Shown here: positions 12,768 to 25,567 of the stretch, one piece after another | Layout: each line of letters starts with the position of its first letter | How positions within the stretch are numbered: position 1 is the stretch's first letter | Source: Malacoraja senta | Lineage: Eukaryota | Reading direction: 5' to 3' | Length of the DNA: 64,000 nucleotides | Assembly: GCA_038087875.1 (NCBI GenBank) | Contig: CM075989.1 | Span: forward strand, 13,952,001-14,016,000 | Made by a program: the position numbers and the translations under genes | The notes under the pieces: model-generated | Databases searched by the model: none | What the model was told of the DNA's origin: nothing | What the model saw: the letters and a program-made list of their open reading frames with translations, nothing else

Positions 12768-13086
12768 CTTTGGCAATGGCCCTCTGTTGACTCTGCTTCT
12801 CGGAGTTGTGGTAGGACACACAGCTCCAGCAGGAACGGATCTTTCATTACATTCAGAAACTGCATTTACCACCGTTGCAGGTTGGAAGGATGCAGTATAC
12901 GGTGTTGGTAAAGGGGAATAAAACCCCATCATCGGTGTGCATGGTGCTGGCATGAACTGGTAATAAGCATAATCAGTAGAAACAAGAGGCTGTGGAGTTG
13001 GCAATATTGGATAAGCAAAGTATGGTCCTCCTGAGTTTGGATTCGCTTGAGGCCACCGAATATCACCATTGTACGCAGGCAATTGC
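12768..13086 (-). CDS. SECISBP2L: SECISBP2L exon 3 (QLPAYNGDIRWPQANPNSGGPYFAYPI...RGPLPK)
   Basis: Acceptor ttttatag| and donor AAG|GTAGGG, 319 nt, phase 2->0. Recognisable as the SECISBP2L YNNDIRW...GPYFAYPI...YYQLMPAPC region. Confidence 0.95.
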
Positions 13087-14114
13087 CTATAAAAATAAAA
13101 TAATTAAATCTGTATAATTATTAATTTACACCTTATCTCTGCACTTCTGCTCCTCCCCCCCCCCACCCAAACTTCTGCTTCCTCGTCAGAGAAATGTTGC
13201 AGCTGAGTATACACTTTTCTCATAAATCCATCAAACGGAGACAATTGTCCCAAAATAACCTACAATTCAAACCCAAGTGAATAGAACTGCTGCCTCAAAG
13301 CCCCAGTGGCCTGGATTATGTACCTCGGGCATTGCCCGTGTGGAGTTTGTACATTCGCCCTGTGATTGTACGGGATTGCTCTATTTTTCTCCCACATCGC
13401 AAAAGCAAGCACCCTGATGGGTTTGTTGGCCAATTAACTTAATGTACGAGATCTTTTTGCACCATTTCAGATTGCAATTTAATCGTTGCATCATTCTGTT
13501 GTTTTCCACCAGTTATTTACTGTTGTATTTATCATTACCATGTATACCATTTATTATGAGCTTTATGTGATCAAGGAGTTTCATCCAACCATCATGTATA
13601 TGACAATAAACTGATGCGAGTCAGAATTAAAACTAAAACTAAATTTCAGTAGTGTTCAATAAAAATATTCAAAAACCAAACTATATATCAATAAATTACA
13701 CATCAGAGAACAATGGTCAGGAGAGTATTAGCCAAAAAAAACACGAAACATTATTACCATAAAATCCCATGTGCAACTCATGCTTGCTTTTATTCATTCA
13801 CCCCTCTTGAAGATCAACATTTTTGGTAAACAAATTTCTTGATCTCCCTCAGATCACAAACTATTGTGTATCCATGAGACTGAGACAAGTTCATTTTCCA
13901 AATGATACACCATACAGAATAACTTGTTGCCCACATTGCAAGGTTTGAAAAGCACGAAAAGCAAAACTTATGACATTCTCATCTGTGGATGGTAGAAGCA
14001 CAGGCAAATGCCAGAGGAATTAAGTGAAACATAGAAAGTGGACAAATCCCAGGGAATTTCATTGAGAAAAACTGTTAAGGGATTCTCTTTTACCCTGGTT
14101 AAAGGTAGATGCAG

Positions 14115-14333
14115 GATAGACACACAAAGCTGGAATAACTCAGCGGATCAAACAGCATCTCTGGAGAAAAGAAATAGGTGACGTTTCGGGTCAAGACCCT
14201 TCTTCAGACTCCAGAAGGGTCTCGACCCAAAACGTCACCTATTCCTTTTCTCCAGAGATGCTGTCTGATCTGCTGAGTTACTCTAGCTTTGTGTCTATCT
14301 TCGGTTTCTGCATCTGCAGTTCTTTCCTACACA
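14115..14333. mobile_element. Penelope-derived palindromic repeat with a minimal hammerhead core
   Basis: Inverted arms of ~90 bp (14115-14207 vs 14212-14299). The minus strand at 14207->14180 reads CTGAAGA-AGGGT-CTTG-ACCC-GAAAC-GTC. Related copies near 16440-16605, 20790-20950, 24390-24590, 25255-25365, 27705-27845, 35418-35625, 36143-36236 and 61225-61315. Confidence 0.8.
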
Positions 14334-14640
14334 AGATAGATACAAGAACTGGCATCCTCTGGTGTTTGTTTTTTCTTATGTTTGTCAGTGTGCAGAATGA
14401 AGCTACTTCTTGGCGTTGGTATGCATCTGAACAAATCTTTCAAATTGTTTGGACTGTGGTTTTACTATAAAAACCATACAAAGCTGTAGCTATCGGTATT
14501 TCACTATATGATGCACCACAATTACCTCAATCAGGCATAATGCTAAAACTTGAGAACACTTTTCAACTTGAGAATATGATCAGCAGTTCTTAATGGAAAT
14601 ATGCAAGGGTACAAATGGTGGTTCCTGTACCCACACTCAC

Positions 14641-14816
14641 CTATTATTAGATTGGTTTTCTTGTACAAAGGGATAACAGGTTATCAAGTAACTTGGAATA
14701 GGCGGACTTTCAACACCACAACCATTTCCATCATTTTGGAGTGCCATAGGAACAACCGTCTCAATACCCTTCTTCTGGGGTATAAATGGCTCTACCTCTG
14801 CTGAAAGCTGGATATC
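14641..14816 (-). CDS. SECISBP2L: SECISBP2L exon 2 (DIQLSAEVEPFIPQKKG...IPSYLITCYPFVQENQSNN)
   Basis: Acceptor ttttatttag| and donor AG|GTGAGT, 176 nt, phase 0->2. Contains the LSAEVEPFIPQK and PSYLITCYPFVQE motifs of the SECISBP2/SECISBP2L N-terminus. Not in the supplied ORF track. Confidence 0.95.
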
Positions 14817-17800
14817 CTAAATAAAATGTCAAACAAAATCCATTACTCAAAAAACATAGCCAGAATTCTAAAATCATACTGGTATACCACAAAGCTTATT
14901 CCATGCTAGTCATTTACAGCTACCTTCATACAAATTCAACAGTAGGAAGAAAATAATGTGGCATTCAACTCCATTTGTACTCAATATAGGCATGCACGAA
15001 TCTGTAACATGAGCTTATCTTAAAAATAGCACATTTTGTATTAATCATGGCTGAGGTTAATTGAAAGTTGCACTTAACAATGCTCAAAGAAAATGTAGTA
15101 CAGTATTTAGAGAACGAGTTTTGCAAAGGAAAATAGTTCATCAAATGAGCCATGTTACTAATGTCTGATTTTCCAGCCTGCTAGTTAGATGAGGCACGTT
15201 CAAAAGATGGGTCACTGATGGAATGGAAGGTAGAAGACAACATTTAATTCTGAGAGATTGGTGAGCAGAACTTTGTATTTTGTGTTTTAAATTCAAATGT
15301 CCAGTATTCAGAATACTTTGCTTTTGTGCTGTCATATGACCGTTTCTCTATTTTCTTTCAAAATGAAAGCGGCATATGGTATACTTGCTTTCATAGGTAT
15401 GGGCATTAAATATAAGGGTCAAGGTGCAGCTTTATAGGACTTTGGTTAGGTCACATTTGGAGTATTGCATTCACTTTTCTCCAGGATGGACGAATCAAAT
15501 ATTAGAAGGCATAGCTTTAAGGTGAGAAGGGAAAAGTTTAAACCACATGTGCAGGGCATAGTGGGGTTTTTTGCATAGAGGGCGAGTGCCAGAGGTGGTG
15601 GTTGAGGCAGATAAAATAGTGGCATTTAAGAGACTTCTGGATAGGCATTCTGGTTATGCAGGGAATGGAGGGATATGGATTCAATGCAGGCAGATAAGAG
15701 TTATTGTGGGCATAAAGGCTGTTCTTGTGCTGTACTGTTCTATGTTCTACACAAAACCATCATCACTTTAAAAATATCTGAATCACCGAGGCGTCTGTAC
15801 ACAACATTATTACGTTCAAATTAAAAGAACATTCTCTGAAGTACTCAGTCAAATTAATCAACACTAGGTTATGAAATTTGTGATATCTATTGCTAGTTTA
15901 AAGTACAGTACAAGCCTCCTGTGTCAATCTAAGCCTCAAATAAATCCATCAATTAGCTGGATTTTTAGATCAATTTATCAGTGATGGCCTGGAATACCAT
16001 AGAATGTTGGTTCAGATACAAAACTAGCAAGTCTGTCATTGACCTTTAACAAGTCAGAACACCTTTCTCATTTTGATCACTTACAAAAGAGAGCCCTGCT
16101 TTTCTTTTCATCTTCCTCCATCATGATGCTAACATGATACAACTGCAAACATGGTTTGAAGGTTTGCCACATGGTAATAGAAAGTTGGCAAGTTTCAATT
16201 ACAGTCCAAAAGTGTGAATAAAATGCTGCCATCCTCCTGATAGCAACACAAAATACATGCAGTGAGTACAATTTATCTATCATTTTGAGATAGATCGCTT
16301 CACAAGCACTTGATAGCTTCTCTGAAGCCAAAGATAGTAAAGAGCATCTCTAGCATCCTCACCATTCTGTACTGCAGATGAATCTGCCCATAATAATATT
16401 TACAGAACTCAACTTGATGATCACACCAACGACTGAAGAGCCTCTATTCCTTTTCTCTAGAGATGCTGTCTGACCCGTAGACACAAAAAGCTGGAGTAAC
16501 TCAGCGGGACAGGCAGCATCTCTGGAGAGAATGAATGGTGATGTTTCAGGTCTAGACCCATGCTGTCTGACCCACTGCGTTACTCCAGCTTTTTGAATCT
16601 ATCTCTGGCAATTACATTGTTCAAAATTGCATAAGCTCTATTAACAGCTCTACAATTTCCATCTGCGTGCTATCCAGTCAGCAGAAAGGCATTAGATGAT
16701 TACAATCGAGCTATTTACAATGTATAGATACATGATAAGGGAATAACATTTGGTGCAAAGTAAAGCCCGCAACGTCCGATCAAGGATAGTCCGAGGGTCA
16801 CCAAAGACCAAGGGGTATTGTACAATGGCGCACTGAGTATTCAGTATTAGGACCACGACTTGGATGCAAGAGCACAATTTCCAAATCTGAAGTAACATAA
16901 TAAATGGAAGCATAATAAACTAGAGGAGGATAACATGAGTTTTCAAGATATAAACTGACTGAGAGATGCAAAGTGTTATATTTTGGTCTCATGAGAAAAT
17001 GCAATCCAAATAAGAGGGCACATTTATTAAAGCAGTGCAAGAACAGATCTGGGGAATGTTCATGCATTGTTTGTTGAGAGTGGCACAGAAGATAGAAACA
17101 AATACCAAATACCAGCATTTTAAATAGAAATATAAGAATATGAGGGCAAGGAAGTGATGAACATTGATAAATTGGTTCAGCCACAACTGGAGTTGTGTAT
17201 CAGTTCTCGAAACGACATGGAGGAGACGCAAAAGTAGATGCTGTTACCTAGAGCATTAAACAATTTGCTGGTAGAACTTAGCTATCCGACGCAGGGTTTC
17301 GACCAAAAATGACTCCACAGATACAGTTCAACCTGCTGAGTTCCTTAAGCAGATTGTTTGTTGCTCTGGAAACTGCATATTAGGAAAGTTGTACATAGCT
17401 TTATTAGGTCACAGGTATCGAGACCATAACATATTTTTTTACATGCGTAAGACATTTGCTAAAGGAAATCCAGGGATGCAGGACTTCAATAATGTGCAAA
17501 GACTGGAAAAGCTTGAGGTTATTCTCCTTCGAACAAAGATTCAGACAGGATCCATGAAGGAAAATCCATAGAGTATTGACAAAAGATAGAGGAAAAGTAT
17601 TCCCATGGCATAGAGGTGAAGAATAACAGGACATAAAATGAAGGTAATTTGTAAAAGAATCAAAACTGACATGAGGAAATTTTTTTTTAAAGCAAGGCAA
17701 GCAGTAAGGATTTGGAATGTACTCACAGGGCTAATAGGATATAATTGTGGAACTCGCTTATATATCTGAAAGCCAAGTGCCAAGAGTGTTTGTCATATGG

Positions 17801-19547
17801 ACTGGATAGGAAGCAAAATATTGAAATGATTACCAATTATCTGCTTTACAGACACAGATGCTACCATGACAGTATATGGCTACCATGTCATACTGGACCA
17901 TGACAGTGAAAGGGAAAAAAAACTGCAGACAATGGGGGAAATGCACGGGAAAATTCTGCAGACTTAATGGACTGAACAGTCTTCCCCCTGCATCAGATTC
18001 TGTGAAATCAGGTTGCAAGAAAAAGGCAAATCTTTTTAATTCGGTTTTAAATTAATTTTTAGTGTATATTTTACTGTTGTATATTGTACTAAAACTAGAA
18101 AAAGTAAATTTTACAATATCTTTGTTTAAAAATGGTCCTAAGTGTTCGCAAACATAAGAGCTTTGTCAAATTTCTGAAGGCAGTGGATTGCCAGTACCGA
18201 GAACCCACTCACCCCCCTCCCACCACCATTCCTTGCTCGGCCATACCAAAGTCCTGGCAGCCCAACTCCCAGAGACCATGTCCAAGCAGCAGCAGAAAAT
18301 TAGTGCCCAAAAGCAGACAACCAGCAACTTTGAAACACTTGATGAAGTATCCTGCTTCCTGCAAGCTTCTACTTTTAAAGCCAAACAGAAAACCAAACTC
18401 ATCAAGACTGCCAACAGCAATGAACAGTTTGTTTTAAGTAAACAAAAAGATTCCAGGTAGTAATTAAGTGTACATCTGTCCAAATAAATAATAGGTTTAC
18501 TTTGATGTTACTGAATTAACATATGCGTCAATGTGGACATGTAATTAGTTCCTACGTGCAGAGCTAACAAACACAAATGAAATTCAACAAAATTTACAAA
18601 AAGGTTTTCAAGGGGTATTTTTAGTCATTTCTCCCCACCCTTCTCCCTCCTCCCAAAGAGACGGAGCTTTGAGGCGAATATTTAAAGATGTAGGATTATA
18701 TATTGGTTGAGCAAGCCAGGTAGCTTTCCAAAATGCAAATTGCGATATGAAACATAGAACAATTTCAGGTTCATAAGGTGGTCTGGATGGTTTTTGGCAC
18801 ATTGGCCTTCTGCAGTTAGGGTTTTGAGTATAGAAGTTGGGATGTTATGTTACAGCTCTACAAGGCACTGGTAAGGCTACAGTTGGTGTTGTGTTCAGTT
18901 TTGGTCACCCTGTTATAGGAAAGATGTTGTTAAGCTGGAAAAGGTAGAGAGATTTACTAGGATATTGGCAAGACTTGAGGGGTTGAGCAAAATGGAGTGG
19001 TTGGGCTGTCTAGGACTGTATTCCTTGGCACGCAGGAGGATACAGTGAGGAAGGCAGCAGGATTTAGAATGGTTACAGGTATGGGTGGAGAAATAGCAGA
19101 CGGAGTTTAATCTGAACAAGTGTGAGTTGTTGCACTTTGGGAAGTCGAATGTAAAGGGAAAGTATACAGTTAATGCCTAGCCCCTCAGCACTGAAAAATA
19201 GGGAAGTTATGATACAGCTTTATAAGATATTGGCTGGGCCAAATCAGGAATATTGTGTATAGTTTTGGTCAGCACAGTCTAGAATTGTTCTGGGGTGGAT
19301 ACAGAACAGATTCACTAGGATGTAGTGTTACAGTTCACAGGGAGAGAGACTGGATAGGTTGAGTAAATTTTGCTTCAAAGCAGAAGTATCCATAACCAGA
19401 TTGCATAGTTTAAGTTACAAAATTTAAGTGATGAAACATTTTTTTTTAATTCAGAAGGTGACTGAAATTTGGAACACATTGCCTTAGAGGGTGGAGCGAC
19501 AAAGATTCTCACTGCATCTGGATGGCATTTGAATCACCAAGGCATAG

Positions 19548-19733
19548 TGGACCTGTCCCACTTAGGCGACTGCCAGGGACTAATTTTAATGGAATTCACT
19601 TACGACACCTGGCGTCAACCTATGACCGCAAAAATTGTCGCCACTGTCACCGAAAAATTTTCAACATGTTGAAAATTTTGCTGCAGTCACCTAGACTCGC
19701 CCCCAAAAAAATCGCCGAAGTGGGACAGGCCCA
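19548..19733. mobile_element. PIF/Harbinger-type MITE
   Basis: TIRs TGGACCTGTCCCACTT / AAGTGGGACAGGCCCA and a 26-bp perfect internal palindrome at 19654-19679. Inserted in a CR1 fragment. The flanks TAG/TTA are not a perfect TSD. Confidence 0.8.
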
Positions 19734-22700
19734 TTAAGGCTATAAGAGATTAGAGATTAGAGATTCCTTTATTTGTCATTCAGACCTTTCGGTCTGAACG
19801 AAATTTCGTTGCCTGCAGTCATACATATAATAATAAATGATAAATGGTTGGTATGGACAGGGTGGTGTGTGTAGCCTGTTTCTTTGCTGTATGCCTATGA
19901 TTTTTCAGTACAAACCACCTCTTGAGAATAAGCCATTTTTTCAGAAGAAAGCTTTTCTGTTTTATTGTAACAACAACAATGTTCTTGTTATATTGTTGCA
20001 TCAATCAGCAAAAAAACACTCAAAGAAAGCATTGTGGTAAGCTACATCTGCCAAAAAGCAATAGACATGGAATACTAAAAGCAGTAAAAATGGAGACATA
20101 ACAGACTGTAGATGCTGGAATTTTGAGCATTAAACAAAATGCTGAAGGGACTCAGTGGGTCAAGCAACATCTGTGCAGGAAAAAGGACAGTCGACAATTC
20201 AGGTCGCAAGGTCCAGTTCTCTCCACAGATGTTGTTTGATCTGCTGAGTTCCTTCAGCAGTTTGATTATTGGTCAGGATTCTAGCAGTCTCTTGTATCTG
20301 CATTTTACTCCTCCACTGCTAAATGCCTTTGGAGTACACACACTTTGAAGAAGTTCTCCTATTGCCGACAGGAGTACTGAGAGTCCCACTCTCACTGCTC
20401 CTCCCACTGTGATCCCTATTGCTCCATGACCATGTTTTTGCTGAGGAGGCAGATCTCTATGCATCATTTTTACAAAGTTTATTTAATTACAGGCAAAAGG
20501 ACACGAGGATCAGTCAATGATTTTGAGAATTATTTTCTCAAGAAATGCAGTTTTGATATAGATTAGGCAATTACCATGCAGAGAATGCAGAAAGGGTTTA
20601 CCAATGAGTGGTGGGTGCCTGGTACACAAGACCAGGGGTGGTGGTGAATGCAGATGCAATAGTGGTGTTTAAGAATCTCTTAGATAGGCACATGGATTTG
20701 CAAGGAATGGAAGAATATGGCTCGTGCAGGCAGAGGAGATTAATATTTACTTTATGTTGAAACAAATAATGCAATGCTGATTTTTTAAAAAAGTGCTGGA
20801 GTAATTCAGCAGATCAGGCAGAATCCCTGTAGAACGGATTTGATGTTTTGGGTCGGGACCATTTTTTAGACTGAAGTGTCCTGACCTGAAACATCACCTA
20901 TCCATGTTCTCCAAGGATGCTGCCTGACCTGCTGAGTTACTCCAGCATTTTGTATCAACATATGCATCATGTTCAGCAAAGATATTGCAGGCCAAAGAGC
21001 AGCTACCTTTGCTGTACTGTTCTACGTTCTTGGTCAAAATAAGAACTATTTTATGTAGGCAACCATTTTCATTGTGGAAAAAGTTACATAATCAGTTCTA
21101 ACTAATTTATTCAAATACCAAAAGGATAATTTAAATACAATTCAAGTAGAAGAGAGGTAAAGAAGGCCTACAGTATGCTTGCCTTCATCAGTTGGGGCTT
21201 GTATCAGAGTCAGGAAGGTGCATTGCAACTTTACAGAACCTTGGTTACGCCACATTTGGATATTGTGTTCTGTTCCTGTGATGGAGTGACTAGAACGATC
21301 TGGAGAAGGTGCAGAAGTGATTTACCAGAATTCTACCTGGATTAGAAGTATCAGGTTTCAGGAGAGGTTGGATCGTTTTCTATGTAGAGTGGATGTTGAA
21401 GGAAGACCTGCTAAAAGTATATAAAATGAGGAGATATATACATAGGGTATATAATCAGAACCTTTTCCCCCCGGGGTGGTAATGTCAAAGATTAGAAGGC
21501 ATAGTTTTAAGGCGAGGGGGGTGAACATTTTAAAAGAGATGTGTGGGGCAAATATATATATTTTTTAAATAGTGGTGGGTGCCTGCAGTAGTGATGAAAG
21601 CAGATACCACTGACATTTCAGAGGCTTTTACAGAGGCACATGGATATTCAAGGAGCGGAGGGATATGGATCACTTGCAGGCTAAGGAGATTAACTTGACA
21701 TCATGTTCGGTATATACATTGTGGGTCAAAGCGCCTGTTCCTCTGCTCAGCTGTTCATTGGTCCATGTTCTATGAAACAACAATGCTTTTTATTGGAATA
21801 GAAATTGACAGTAATTTTATTAAAAAATGGTTCTCCAAATTAACTTCAGATATTTTAGATGGAAAAACATGCTGTTCCATCAACGAAGAAATTACAACAA
21901 ATGTTTGCTATTAGCCATTGTGCATCAGATTTTAGTGGAAAATCTGATTGCAGACTGGAATGGATCAAAGTTGCAAAATAAATTTCCTGGTATCATGCAC
22001 TGTAAAATAATAATACAACAAAAACTGAATATATTAGGGCGATTAAAATAACAGCAACAATAATTGTATATACCTTTCACCCATAACAAAATTCATCAAA
22101 GTGATATTTCATTAAACATTATAAATTTAACAATTTCTTAATTATGTACTTTTGCATAAACTGGGTAATGTGTAAGGAATAAGACCAGTGACATAGTCTT
22201 GGGGAACTAAATAATATTTTACCTGCTATTACAAAACAATCCTTCCAGCTTCCTATTATCAAGTTGGCTAATTCACTATATTTTAGCACATGATGGCAGA
22301 CTGGATTACTAGTTTCTGTAAATAAAGCAAAAATAAAATATTAGTGTTTTCTGATATGATAGTTTTGCACTATTACAAAGTAACTTGTAAGTTCATGTTT
22401 TTTCAAACTGGTTTGAAGAAAAACCTTGTTGTATACACAGAAATCTTTGTAACATTGACAGCTATTAATGAATATTTTAGATGATTACAAAATGAGCGCC
22501 ATGTTCACTGAGATTTGGTTTCTCAGATAAGAATAATCTAAGGACCCATTGGAAAGATGAGTGGATTTTGCCTGATAGCCTGGTCAACATAATAATAATA
22601 ATAATAAATTTTATTTATGGGCGCCTTATACCAAGGTCTCAAGGACACCTTACAGAATTTAACAGGTAAGAAACATATAATCGGAGTAAAATAAAACATA

Positions 22701-23206
22701 CAACTCATATTCAATACAATGAAAACAAATAATCTCAGATTTGTCTCAGTGCGAGCCTAAAAATCCTGAACAGAAATAAAGCCAATTATGTTGGGATAGA
22801 TGGGATGATATAGCTAAATTTGATGGGGGAAGATAGAGATTATAACATTTGCCAGAAGACAAGCATTTCAAAATTTCAATATTCTCGGTGAAGTAAATAC
22901 CATTACAATTTTACAAATTTGATCCAACTGAGGTGGCGAAAGGCAATATTAGATAAGCAGCAGCTTACAATTTTACTAAAAGTAATATGTAGACTGTAAT
23001 GGAAATTTCAAACTTTTCCAAGCATCAGCTTTTCATTGCCATTACTACACAGGCAGGGAGGAGTAGAACTTACACAGACGATAACTAAAACAAATCCTCC
23101 AGTCGTTCTTTCCAGTTTAATTGATTCTTTGTTGAAGTAGTTGTACAAAGAAGTGAACATACCAGATCATCTTTATTTATATACAAATTGTAGCTTTCCG
23201 TTCTAA

Positions 23207-23700
23207 TGGCTCTGTCTCACGGTGTTGCGGTCATTGGCGGTGAAGCACTGTGTCGCCGGAAGAGGGGACTGCACGGCAACCGCGAGAGCGCCGCACGGAT
23301 GCTGCGCAGGGGCCGAGTGATCTCCGTACGGCCGGTTCCACGAGCTTGCGGCGTCGGGTGATGACGTCATCGCGCAACGCGACGCGCTACGCGATGACGT
23401 CTTTTGGATCGCAGCTGGCAGCGGCTGTGGCGGTGAAAGTTCCACTCACGGCGCTCGTGCCGCACTGGCAGCGGCTGTGGCGGTGACCGTGCCGCACTCG
23501 TGCCTCACTGGCGGCGGCTGTGCGGTAGGAAAATATTTTTAGACATTGTTGACTTTTTGTGAGCACCGCGAGGTGTTCGGACCAACGCCGCACGGCCTCG
23601 GCAGTGTGCGTTTGACCGAACCCACGGTCTCTGGCAGTCCACGAGCGGTAGATACTTCCTGTTGCACCGCCAATGACCGCAGACTCGTGAGACAGGCCTT
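23207..23700. mobile_element. GC/CpG-rich PIF/Harbinger-type MITE
   Basis: Imperfect ~36-bp TIRs (CTGTCTCACG...GCGGTCATTGGCGGTG), flanks TAA/TTA, internal repeats of CTGGCAGCGGCTGTGGCGGTG. Homologous, in opposite orientation, to 61600-62126. Confidence 0.85.
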
Positions 23701-25498
23701 TTACTATCTGATCTGGTAAAAATGTATTCTTTCTCCCGTGCCCGCTCCAGTCTAATTTGACCACACCCTGTGGTTTCGCTATATGTAATGTTCAAATATG
23801 TATCAAAAGCCCACCTCCAAGTGTTCAAAATAATTCTGCAAGAAATGTCTAGACAAAATAATAAAATATGCAAAAAGTAACTAGCCTAAGCATGAATGGC
23901 TCCGACATAGATACCCTGAAGTAGATCAGCATAATGTGAAAGGGATATTATAACTTCATGGCAAACAACTTACAAATGAAAATCTGTTGGAGCCTGAGCC
24001 ATGAAGATCACAAGAGGAGTTGCACCAAAACAGCTTACTACGACAAAGCGTTTGAAAGCATTCTTCTACATCGAGATAGTGATAATAGCTATTTTTAAAA
24101 GATAGCAAAATGGAGTGCAGCATTAAATAGGCAAGGCATACAAGGCCATTGACATAATGCAGGCAAGTGGGGTTAGTGTAGTTGGATATAAAAGTTGACG
24201 TGGACGTGGTCGGCATAACAGTCACCGAGTCTATAACTCACAGCTGCCCCCATAATCCCATTGATTAAATAACATTGTTTTCAGCCTATTCCCAAAGCAA
24301 CCATGCCACACTTCAAACATATTCCTCATCATACCAATTCTGCTCCCAAACTCTATGGAATTTCAACGATTCTCCCCTTGCACAAAAAGTAATATGCTGG
24401 CGGAACCCAGCGGGTCAGGCAGCACATCTGGGGAGGCAATGGACAGACAACGTTTCAGGTTGGGACTCTTCTTCAGACTTGTTTTTTCTTAACTTAGTTC
24501 TGAGTAAGGGTCTTTGACCTTAAACAATAACTCAAATTTGTATTTTTACTAATGGTGCCTGACCTACTGAGTATTTCCAACATTTTCTGTTTTTATAATA
24601 AAAAGGGAAAGTTAGATTTTTTTGCAATCACAGAAATTAGATACTCAAATTATTAGGAAGACAAAAGAGACTGTCATTGCTGAATCTGGAACACAAATTT
24701 ATTGGGAGGCTTTAAATAGTTGTAAATGCAAGCTCAGCCAAACCCGTTTTTTTATCCCATAATATAATGCTCACTTTGTTCTATGCATCTCTTGGATCTA
24801 TTTGCATGCTCTTTGTGTACGTCCCAGTGAATCTGGATCGTAGAAGATACTGTAAGCAGACAAATCTATCTAGATCAGAAAATCATAGGATTTTGACCCT
24901 GTCTATCAGGAAATGTGCAACAGGATATGAAGAATTATACGCTTATTCCAATTCATGCAATTTCATTGGAAGTGCTTTACTATCCAATACATAAAACCTA
25001 ATATTCAACTTAAAATATTGTGACCTACATTTGCAATGTAGAATGAAAGCAATATTCAGCCCACTCATGGGTAGGACCTCCAGATAGTGGTATTCTGTTG
25101 TTTCTTACTCCCCAATGGAATAAATTCCAAATCTAATGTGTGACACTTGCCTCCCACTTGCTTCAAAGTCAAAACATTTTAGGCATTTGGATTGTTTGAA
25201 ATAAATTGCAATCGAAATTAGCTCCAGGGCACAAAAATACCAAGATTAATGAGTCTGAGGAAGGGTCTCGACCTGAAACGTCGCCTATTCCTTCGCTCCA
25301 TAGATGCTGAGTTACTCCAGCTTTTTTGTCTACCTTCGATTTTTCCAGCATCTGCAGTTCTTTCTTAAAGATTAAAGAGGTACGCAAATAAACCTTTCAT
25401 CTTTAAGATAAATAAAGTTCCACTTGAGGCACAAGAGAATGCAGACATTGAAATCTGAAGCAAATTAAAAAAAAAAAATTGCTGGAGGAACTTATACA

Positions 25499-25567
25499 TA
25501 TACGTCAACCATCCCATTGGAGGCTGCTGAGGAACTTAGCAGCCTCCAATGGGATGGTTGACGTATA
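25499..25567. repeat. Near-perfect 33-bp inverted repeat (69-nt hairpin)
   Basis: 25499-25531 matches the reverse complement of 25535-25567 with one mismatch; 3-nt loop. Confidence 0.9.
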
